DNA of 36,312 nucleotides from positions 156,571 to 192,882 of the forward strand of contig NW_005434547.1 of NCBI RefSeq assembly GCF_000315625.1, given 5' to 3'. A program made the translations under genes and the position numbers. Shown piece after piece: positions 21,015 to 31,188 of this stretch (positions are counted from its first letter, which is position 1; the number at the start of each line of letters is the position of its first letter). The notes below the pieces were generated by a model that saw nothing but the letters and a program-made list of their open reading frames with translations, did not search any database and had not been told where the DNA came from. This DNA comes from Guillardia theta CCMP2712. Its lineage: Eukaryota; Protista; Cryptophyta.

Positions 21015-23320
21015 ATGGCGCTGGCAAGGCCTGAAGTACCTTCTGCTGCGATTGGCGGCAACGTCGGAATCGGTCTCCGCCTTGACTCGAAGCTTCAGGT
21101 ATGTAGAGAGAGTTCAAGTGATGTCCAAGGATGAACATGTCGCAGGTGCAAGAGATCGTCGCAGGGGGGCCGTGCGCCGCATGTGGCGTGATAGGCGTTG
21201 GTGAGTCGCTGGAAGTCGTGGGAAGCGGTGTGCTGTTGGGAGTGAGGATTGGTAGGTGACGTGTTGGTCACGGTCGACGGGCGTGACGTACAGGGCAAAA
21301 AGGTCGTAGACGTGATGGAAGAGCAGCAAGCTAGGTTGTGATAGTGTGAGCTGGCAGGTCCAGGAGATTTCTCACCTGATCGTGGGGCCGCAAGGCTCCG
21401 AAGTTGAGATCGTAGTGCTCAAAGGTGTGTAGTGACGGTCTGATAAGATCTGGTGGTAACACGTACCGCAGTGAAGACTGGGATTCGTGTCCCTGTCAAG
21501 CTGCTGAGAGGGACAGTGGTGAGACGAGCCTCTTGCATGCACACTTGTACTCGAGATCGACTGATGTGTCACAAGGCGCAAGCAGGGGTTGGCATCAAGT
21601 TGCAGAGGTGAGCATGGTTGCCTGCGAGTGAAGATGATGGGTGATGATGGGATGGAAAGGAATGAGGACGGAGAGATCACTGTCCAGGACTTGCACCCTC
21701 AGGGCTCTGCTGCCAGGGCAGGGCTGAAGGTGGGAGTGGGGAGGGACGAATCGTAAAGTGACTTGTTGGAGCAAGGCATCAGATATCATTGAGAAGGTTG
21801 GAGATTTGAACGTGATGGGCAGGACAGTCCGTGACATTGTCAGTTATTTTTCTTCTATGTGGTGTAGCCCGGTAACTCCGCATCATAGGCCCCGATGTTC
21901 GCTGGACCGGAGAACAGCTCGATACAAGTGACAGTCCTGAGAGGTTTCATTTCTGACAAGTTTTTATCCCGGATGTCAACTGAAGCCTCGCCGTCCGCAG
22001 GACCGCAGAAAACGAGGATGGAATTCACTCTAAAACGCATGAAGGTGACAGGACTTTGTCCTTGTTTCATGGTGCTTGTCCCTTTGCATGCTTGCATCGC
22101 GCGTTGTTTCGATCTGTGAACATATTTGTCCTCTGTTGCTCAGCCACCCGCGCCCATCAGCTAATAGTATGCTAGATTGAAAGTGGGCCTGCTCCGCAGT
22201 CAGTCGCTCCTCCAAAGCTGGCGGCCATGGTTGATTGCTGGAGTTGCGTCATAGATTGCAACATGTTGACGAATTGCAGGCGCCGTCGAATTCACATGCT
22301 GCAGAGGAGGCGAAAAAGAAGGCAGAGGAGGAGGCGAAGAAGAGGGCAGAGGAGGAGGCGAAGAAGAAGGCAGAGGAGGCGAGGAATGCCGAGGAGGAGG
22401 CGAAGAAGAAGGCAGAGGAGGAGGCGAAGAAGAAGGCAGAGGAGGAGGCGAAGAAGAAGGCAGAGGAGGAGGCGGCAAGGAATTCCGAGGAGGAGGCGAA
22501 GAAGAAGGCAGAGGAGGAGGCGAAGAAGAAGGCAGAGGAAGAGGCGAAGAAGAAGGCAGAGGAGGAGGCGAAGAAGAAGGCAGAGGAGGAGGCGAAGAAG
22601 AAGGCAGAGGAGGAGGCGAAGAAGAAGGCGGAGGAGGCAAGGAATGCCGAGGAGAAGGCGAAGAAGAAGGCAGAAGAGGAGGGGGCCAAGAAGAAGGTAG
22701 CGGCAGAAGAGGAGGCCACCAAGGCTGCAGTACCATCGGATGAAGCAAAGAATTTTTCCGCGTTGGAGGGGGGCACCGGGACCGCGCAAGAGAGGACGCT
22801 AGGCAGCAGCGACGGACCGGCTGAGGATGTAGGGAGTGTGGGAGGTAATTGTGAGGAGTCTGATGGTGTCATGTGCCAGGAGGAGGAGGGAGAAGGAGGA
22901 GCTGGCGAGACAGCCTCATGTGAACTCAGAGGTGGCTGGTGGGGTTGGCGCTGACGACTAGCACGAGCAGCATCCTCGAAGGCCCAGTCGGCAGCTTCCA
23001 AGAAGAAGAAGACCAAGAAGGTTCTGCTACTTCCTCCTCCCTTGCTCCTTTTGCACTCCTTGCCTACCTCTCCTCTTCCCTTCCCTCTCTCTTATCGTCG
23101 CTAGATCTTCAATCTAGCACTCGTCTCGTCCTCCTCTCTTGTTCGAAAGCCTCTCTTCCCTCTTCTCTCCTCTTCTCTGCTCCCTCTTCTCTGCGCCCTG
23201 TCCTCTGCTCTGCTCTGCTCCTCCTCTTCCACTCCACTCCACTCGTCTCCTCTCCCCACCCCTTCTCTCCTCTCCTCTCCTCTCCTCTCCTGACATGCCT
23301 TGTGAATGCAGAAGAAGTAA
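21015..23320 (+). CDS. Tandem PDZ-domain protein with (AEEEAKKK)n charged helix and lysine-rich tail
   Basis: PDZ1: GIGLRLDSKLQ|VQEIVAGGPCAACGVIGVG|DVLVTVDGRDVQGKK|VQEISHLIVGPQGSEVEIVV. PDZ2: GVGIKLQ..ITVQDLHPQGSAARAGLKVGDIIEKVGDLNV..FAGPENSSIQVTVLR. In-phase splicing leads to IESGPAPQ..AAM|APSNSHAAEEAKKKA.. and ends ..KKKKTKK|KK*. An alternative earlier stop exists at 22164. Confidence 0.8.
22302..22712 (+). repeat. Coding 24-nt minisatellite GCAGAGGAGGAGGCGAAGAAGAAG (AEEEAKKK)n
   Basis: Directly visible tandem units with ARNA/ARNS variant units. Confidence 0.95.
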
Positions 23321-23447
23321 AGCAGGAGAGCTGAAAGAGCTCAAGAAGCCGCTGGTGCAGAGTTGGGCAGGATGGCACTGTGCAGTTAAACCATTCAATC
23401 AACCAGTGATGACACACGTCAAGCAGTCCCAGCTGGCAGTTCTCGTC

Positions 23448-26400
23448 CTAGTCAAGCTCGTTCATGGTGCTCTGCCATCGTGTCTCCTCCTCCTCTTGTG
23501 ATGGAGCAGGCAATGCAGTTGGTGTCTCCTCCTGCTCCTGTTCTTGAAGTGCCTGCACTCGGGATGAGACTGGGAGGAGAGAGAGGGATGAGGAAATAGC
23601 GAGGTAGGAAGGGAGAGGAGGAGGGGACGTACGTCTTTGTAGTAGCCCAACCCTAGCTCACCCATCTTGAACACAAACCCAGGACGAGGACCTGAAAGAT
23701 TGAAATTACACGGGAGAGGAGGAGGAGCGGCGAATGTGAAGGTTAGAGCCATGGGATGATTGAGAGCAGAGCAGAGCAGAGAGGAGGTGAAAATGGAAGA
23801 GTTTTTCACCAGAGTAGCCAGAAGCAGATTGAAAGTCTTGACGAGGCTGAGCTGTCGAACGAGGGTGCTGGTACTCTCCCTCAGCCTCAAGCTGCCGGTT
23901 GTAGACGCCCTAAGTGACAAACATGTGAGGCACAGGCAGAGGCAGGGAGGGAGCGAGGGAGAGGGGAAGAGGAAGGAGTAGAAACGAAGTTGTAGGAGGG
24001 GAAGTAGAGCAAAGTGGAGAATGGAGGTAAAGGCAGAAGGAAGACAGGAAAATGGCGAGAAGGCAAAGAGGGAGGGGAGGGGTAAGGAAAGGAGAAGAGG
24101 AGGAGAGAAGGAGAGGAGAGGAGGACCTCTGTGTCCTTGTTGTCCTGCTCGTATCTTGTTGTCTCCACCTTCACTTGCACCTGAAGCCAATTCAACTGAT
24201 GACCAACACCCTCTCCCTGCGAAGACTGACCGACGTCGCTACTGCCTCCTCCTCCTCCTCCTCCTGTTCGAACGTCAGGGGCAGCAAGGAGGAAACAGGT
24301 CTGAAAGGACTGAAGACAAAAATCGAGGAGGAGAACAGAATGAACAGGAATGAGGGCGCTGAAGGTGGAGCTGGAGCAGGGCCAGGAGCAGGGGCAGGGG
24401 CAGGGGCAGGGGCAGGGGCAGAAGGGAGAAAGAGGAAGAGGAGGCATTTTGCAGCTGAAGGATTCACCTCAACATCCTCGAGGTCAGGAAGATCGTCGTC
24501 AGGGTCTGCCTCTTGCACCTCCTGCTCGTCGAATTTAGTCGCCGCCCATGACAAGGGAGTGAGAGAGAGGAGAAGAGGAGGAGCAGGAGCAGGGAGGAAG
24601 AGGGGGTGAGGGAGGGAGGGAGGGAGGGAGGGACAGCACGAAAGAGGAGGAAGCAGAACAGGAAAAGGGGAGCAGAGTTGGAAAAGTAATGAGAGAGGGA
24701 GAAGGAGGAGCAGGAGGAGCAGGAGGAGCAGGATGAGATAGACCTTGAGCGTACGATATTCCCCTTTCTCGACTTTCTCTGCGACTTCTTGCACGGAGCA
24801 TCCCAGCCTCTGGGCCTCTTGCTGCAAGGAGTGGTGAGACAACAAAGGACGACGTGGAGGATGAGGAGGAGGAGGACGACGACGACGACGAGGAGGAGGA
24901 GGAGGAGGAGGAGGAAAAATGCGTGAGGGAGGAGGGAGGAGGGAGGAGGGAGGAGGGAGGAGGGGCAGGGTAGTTTTCAAGGTGATAACCGAAGGGTACG
25001 ATGAAGGTTTTAGAATTCTGTCTTTACCTGCAAGACAGCTTGCTTGTCTTGCTGTAGCTTCCTCCACTGTTGCTCGTAAGTCTGCTGGGCAAGTCAAGAT
25101 CTTTTCCCTCGCCTCCCCCCCCCTCCCACTCCTTCTCCTTCTCGTCCTCGTCCCACACTCCCTTCCCCCGTCCTCATCCTCGCCCCTCTCTCCCTCCTTA
25201 TCCTCCTCCTAGTCCTTCTCATTCCCCTGACTCTCACATTGTCGCTCTGCCCTTCCGCAGGCTCCTTGGTGAGGAAAGTGGAGCTGGCAGGATGGTCACT
25301 GGCAAGAACAGGAACAGATGTGGGCGAGCAAAGAAAAGGGAGACGAGACGAGACGAGAAGATAGGAAAGGAGAAGATAGGAAAGGAGAAGATAGGAATGG
25401 AGAAGATAGGAATGGAGATCAGAGCAGAGCAAAAGAGGACAAACCTGTCCTCGTCGTTCTCGGGCATGAGATCATCTTCAGGGACCCACACGCTCTTTGC
25501 GAGCTCATGTTTGCCGTACCACTCGCGAGGATAGCGTTTCTGCTGCTCTTGCTCCACAAGCTTGAGCCTCTGCTGCTGGTCGCGTCCTCCTCCTCCCTTG
25601 TACCATGAGACCACCGACGGGAGGGAGAGGAAGGAGGCGCTGGGGGGATGAAACTTGAAGACCTTGGTGGTTCCTGCAGGTGAAGTCAGAGCAGGAGGTG
25701 ACTTTATCTCCCTTCCCGTCCCTTCCCTTCCCTTCCCGTCCCTTCCCTTCCCTTCCCCTCTCTCCCCATCCCGTCTCTGCTCTGCTCTCTTCCTCGCTTC
25801 TCTCCCCTGCTTCCACAAGTGATCTTTCCCTCCCTCCCTCTCTGTTCGCCTCTCTCTCGTCCATCGCTCACCCTTTGACTGAGCCTCGGCGAGCTCGAGG
25901 ATGAATTTATCTTCCTCCGTCCATTCACTCGGCTTGTCCTGCTGCGCGCGCGGAGCAACGGGGGCCTGAGCAGCGGAGCGTGAGGAGAGAAGGGATGAAC
26001 AAGAGCCAAGTAAGGGGATGGCTGAGGTGGAGGAAGAGGAGGAGGAGCAGGGGGGGGATGGGGAAGAGAGAAAAGAGGATGGGAGAGGAGGAGCGGGAGG
26101 AAGAGAGGAGGACGAAGGAGGCGTAAGTCACTGTGATCTTGTTGGATCGATCATCGCTGCTAATGTGACAAGAGTCAGATGAATCAAATAAAGGAAGAGA
26201 GGAATGAATGAGAGAGCGACAGGGAGAGAGTAGGAAGGATCAAGATCAACTGAGCAACACGAGAAGATGAGCAGGAGCAGGAGCAGGAGTAGGACCTTTC
26301 TTCATCTGCTCCCCCTTCTCTCTTCACGGCAGAGCGCTGCGAGGACACGAGCTCGTAGGAGCGCCATGGCCTGCACTCAAACCACTGGCAACGTAACGAG

Positions 26401-28219
26401 CTCGCGCGATTCGCCTGAAGCACCTCCAGCGAGCCATCAAAGATCTCAGCGACCTGCGGCGAGGGTGAGGCATGAGGGGAGGAGAAAGAAGTGAGGAGAG
26501 TAACGATCCAACGAGCCCGGGAATCTTGAACATTATCATTATCATCATCATCATCATCACCATCATCGACGTCGTCGTCGTCGTCGTCGTCGTGATCAGC
26601 AGCAGCAGCAGCAGCAGCAGCCCCATCATCATCACAACCCCCACCACCATCTCCATCTCCATCATTGTCCTCATGGTTTTCATCATCGTCATGACATTAT
26701 TACCTGCAAGAGATCTTCCTTGGTGAGAAGATAGACATCACTGTATTCCGTGCAAACAACATCCGCAGTTGTTTGTTGATCTTTTGCTGTGCAAAGCGCA
26801 ACCTGTGATCATGATCACACGAGAAATTAGCAGGAGAGGATTGGAGAAATGAAGATGATGTGCGGAGATCGGCTTGGCGGAGGAGGGAGAAACGAGACAA
26901 GTGTAGAAATGCAGCGTATCAAGTGCAACAGGATGCAGGACAGTGGTGGTGAGGAGGAGGAGAAGATGGGCAGGGAAGGAGAAGAGGGGGAGGAGAGGGA
27001 GAGGATGGAGAGGGAGAGGGAGAGGGAGAGGGAGAGGGAGAGGGAGGAGAGGGGGAGGAGAGGGGGAGGGGGAGGGTGGGGAGGAAGCACGATCTTAGGT
27101 TACCTCCCCGAAGTACTGTCCTGTAGCGAGCCTCGCTCCCCCGAAGCACGGCTTGCCATCCTTGCAGAACTGAACCCTGCCCTTGAGAAGGACGTAGAGG
27201 CCCTGGAGTACGTCTCCCTCCCGCAGCACCTCCTCCTCCTTGGCAAACCCCACGATCTCGTTCTTGTGCACGGGATTGGCGGCTACCTTGTACGAGAGCT
27301 CCTCCAGCATGTCTTCAGCGATCCCCTTGAACAGTCGAACGTTGGGCAAGATCTGCTTGATTCTCCTCACGCGGGCATCTAGCATCATTTCCTGGAAGGC
27401 TTCCCGGTTCCTCCTCTCCTTCTCCTCCTTCTCCGCACGGATAGCCGCCCTCTCCTCCTTCTCCGCCTCGTGCGCCGCGTTCTTGTCGAACGTCCCATCC
27501 TGCAGCGCCTCTTGCAGCAGCACCGCAGTTAGCTCCCCTTTGCTTCCGTCCTCCCCTACAAGCTTGTGCGCTGCCCCTCCCCTCGCCCACGCTGTCGTCG
27601 TCCTCCGCTCGTCCTCAAACACCGGGCGGTCATCGAGGTAGGTGAGCTGGCGGCATCGTGCGATCACCGTCTTCCTGTAGTGAGCGATCTTCCTCGTCAC
27701 AGGGTTTCCCTGCATCTGCAGGACGCGCAAGTTCGGCATGTCTGCCAGCACTTCAAGCACCGCTGGGTCTTCCAGCTTGTTGTTCTGCAGGTCCAGGACG
27801 CCGATGCTCGGGCACAACCGGAGGTGCTCAACATCAGACGCGTCAGTGAGCTTGTTGTTGGCGATCTGAAGCGTGTTGAGGCGTTGGAGATGGGCGATGT
27901 GAGATATCTGCCTGATCGAGTTGTTGGAGCAGTTGATAGCATCAAGCTCAGGACAGTTTTCTAGCCCCGAAAGATCTTCAAGACAGTTCTGTTGAACGTA
28001 CAGACAGCGCAGGCTGGCAAGCCTATCCAGGTTCTCTATCTTGCTCAAGGCGTTGCCTTCCAGCCATAGTGCCTTCACGCCGTCGTACTCGTTGATGCAA
28101 GGTTCGATCTTCTTCCAACCCTTGAAGTGAAGGTAGAGCTTGTCGTTGAGGGACGGCGTCTGGTATTGTTTCAATTCCTTGGTGATTTGCTGAATTGCAT
28201 CCAGCGTCATGTCCACCAT
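23448..28219 (-). CDS. DNAAF1: DNAAF1/LRRC50/ODA7-like dynein axonemal assembly factor (SDS22-type LRR) fused to a cyclic-nucleotide-binding-like domain
   Basis: Exon 1 (28219-27104): [17 protein letters not shown], LRRs, LRRcap [32 protein letters not shown], coiled coil, then a CNB domain ([27 protein letters not shown]|[31 protein letters not shown]). Later exons include [10 protein letters not shown] and the C-terminal MNELD*. Internal exons are partly uncertain. Confidence 0.85.
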
Positions 28220-28689
28220 CGTTGATATTCTGCATGAGCCGATCAGCCATTGTTCGAGTTAGAGAGGAAGAAAGGGAAGCAAGTCACAATGCTCGGAACA
28301 GAACAGAACGACTAGCATGCAGGCATACTCAACAGAACTGAAGAAGAGTTTTTTTTTTTTTGGGGGGGGGGGGGTTGGGGGGAAGGGGGGGATAGGAAAG
28401 GACAGGGAAGTATGCTCAATAGGAGGTTCAGTTAGGAACTGGCTGCTGCTTTGCTTCTTGCCCTTCTTCCATGTGACCTCCTTTCTCATCCCCTGCCCCT
28501 CGCCCTCGCTGCCCTTCCTTTCTCCTCCCTTCTCTCCCCTACAACTGTATTCATCTGTTTCCTCCTCCTATCCCTCCCTTCCCCGTCCTCTCTCCTCCTC
28601 TCTCCTCCTCTCCCAATCCTTCCTGCTGCTCCTCCCTCCACCCCCAACCCCTTGAGCTCCCTTGCATTGCCAGAGCTTTTCGGTTGAAA

Positions 28690-30000
28690 GTTGCCCCTCT
28701 TCCCCGCTCAACTCGGGCCGCGCTCGGCTGCAGCCTGGCACACGCCGGGTAGTGCCAACTAGTCAAGGCCGTGCTGAGTACGGGGCCCCGTACGACTCGG
28801 TTCAACGAGTCAGTAGGTCCGGGTCATTCAGCGGCTGGCGAGCCGGGCTAGCCTCCGATCCCACAGGTCATGAGTCCGAGTCTGGCACTGACTCAGTCCC
28901 GTCCGACAGGGCCAGCGCCCTCAGGCTGCCAACTTTGAACGGGTGAGTCAGTGAGTCAGTAAGCCCAAAAATGAGGCTCGACGCGCCCGGCCGATGATCA
29001 GCGACTGACCGTACTCCAGGCTCCGGCCCGGGTGACGGCCGGCCGGGCTCGGAGTAGCCCGGGCCGGCGGCTGAGTTCAACTTGACTTGGCAAGTTGGCA
29101 AGTCAGAGTCAACGGTTTCCGACTGAGCTGACTCCACTGCTCCGCCGAGTCTCGGACTTGGACGCCCTGAGATCCGATCCGATGATCGAGTTTCCGGCAA
29201 CTTAGTTGACACTCAGTGACTGATTCCGACGCCGGTGGCCCGGCCATACTACTAGTACGACGTGCCGGGGTGTGACACACTGTCACAGCCGATTGCGGCC
29301 GCGCCACGCGGCCCCGCCGCCGGTCAGACGGTGACGGACACGGTCCGGGCCACCGTGCCACTGCCCGGCGCTGCCCGGGCCAGTCCGATCCGACGCGCGG
29401 CCGCGCGCCGGGCCACTGCAACAGTCCGGGCCGAGTCAGTGCCAGCCTGAGCCTGAGCGGCGGCGGGCTGGCCCGGAGCCTGGGCGGCATACTACCGATT
29501 TCGGACCGGGCACGGTCCTATACTGAGTACAGCCTCGCCTCCTCAGTACCGTACTAGGCCGCCGGCCCCGCCCGAAAGACTCAAGAAAATAAGAATCTAG
29601 TTAGCTCCAAGTGTGTCACGTTTCCGGCAACTTAGTTGACAGTGGCTTTGGCCCCGGGCCCCCTCGGACTCGTGACGGTGATACCGTAGCTACTAGTAGT
29701 ACCGTGGCGGCGGGCCCACGTCAGTGCGCCCCCCCGGGCCCGCGGCGGCCAGGCACGGTGACTCGCCGGTGCCTCCAAAAGTTGTGCTCCGTCAAACTTT
29801 GAAACTCCAAGTTGGCTCCTGAAGTCTCCCCCGGGCCCAGGCCCTCACTTAGTAGACTCCGAGGCTCCGGAGGCTCCCAAGTCAACGGTACAGCCGGGCC
29901 CTGAATCCGGGTACGGTAACTCACTGGCCAGTTGCCGCCGCCCCGGCCAGGCCGCCGGGCCCGCCGGGTCGTGGGCAATCCCGGTAAAGGACGGGTGGTT
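28690..30000. other. GC-rich palindromic-word island 3 (non-coding)
   Basis: Same vocabulary as islands 1 and 2, with an internal 22-bp direct repeat and words shared with island 1. Confidence 0.8.
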
Positions 30001-31188
30001 TTGACTGGCAAATCACTGGTGTCTCGTTACATGGGTCCTCGCTGGGTACTCCTCGTCGGACGGTGTGGAGGAGGGTAGGGGTAGTAGGCTTCAAGTACCC
30101 CCACAACAGAAGGAGACAAGGGGGGTAGTATGGTTTCAAGAGGCACGTGGGCGGTTCGATTTGACTTCAAACGTTTGACAAAATGAATATTTTCGGGATA
30201 ATTTGAAAATTATGAGAAAATATTCAGAATATTACATATCCCCGTTGAATCTGTGTTGGTGCCCATGACCCCCGCATCCAACGGCACTTTTGAATTTCGA
30301 TTGAAAAAAAGCAGAGAGGACGAATTGGATCTTAAAAACGCGGGAAAGGACCCCTTGCCTCATCACCCCAAGATTTGATCGAATCGTCTCCTTGTTTACA
30401 GGGGGTACACCTAAGTATTTGATCCCGTTCTTTCAGTGATGCAAATAGGGGTCAGGGTACTCACTCCACCTATGATCTGTCCGATTGTCCAGAATGGCTG
30501 CACAGTACGGGTGAGAAATACTGGTCAACACCGGGTCATCAGGTTCTCAGAGGAATAGGTCAGAGTTCACATCCTATGTAGGGGTAGGGGTCCTATCATC
30601 CTTTGTTTTTTTTTCCAGCCTTGTTCCCCTCAGCTGTGAGAGCGGTAGAGTTGCAGGCTACAAGATGGCAGAGGAAGCGGAGCTAGGGAACGAACTCGGG
30701 GCGACATGCTCCTGGCATCTCCTCTCTCTCCCTCCTTGTCTTCTCTCCCTTCCTCCTCATCAGTGTGCAACTGCTCTTTCTTCTTCTTCGACTCCCCTGA
30801 TCAATCAGGCTAGCGATTCCGAAGGCTGGTGTAGCATCAGGGCAAGAGCGCAGATTCTGCCAAGGGTTGTGGCAAGGATGAATTAGTGATGTTGAGGAAT
30901 CTTGTAATGTGTTGGTCTACATACATACTCACGAAGTTGTTGGCAATCATGAGATTCGATCATTGCCATAGCTGAATGTTTTTCTTGATTGAAAGTACTT
31001 GCCCCGACCCCGAAGAGTAGTTGGACCAGAGTAGCCAGCAGTATGAAGAGGGTGAAAGTCTCTCATGTTCGTAACTAAGAAACCACCATAATTGATAGGG
31101 TCGGTCATGTTTCTCATACCTTGACGAGGCTGCTCAGCTGTGTTTCTCTCACAGATCTGATTGTTCGCTTCAGGTCGAGATCAACAAA

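Noticed and set aside
22302-22712. Regular repeats as a CRISPR array
   Set aside because: Head-to-tail coding repeats with no unique spacers, in a eukaryotic context.
22227-23016. Alternative-frame ORFs (poly-R, SSAFFFA, LLLRLLLC, PPPLPSSS)
   Set aside because: All are other frames of the 24-nt minisatellite.
28348-28391. Poly-T/poly-G run as a telomere or special element
   Set aside because: Simple homopolymers of unreliable length, with no telomeric repeat unit.
30665-31130. Short ORF MAEEAELG.. and minus-strand splice-like signals upstream of importin
   Set aside because: No consistent exon chain could be built; may be 5'UTR or intron sequence.
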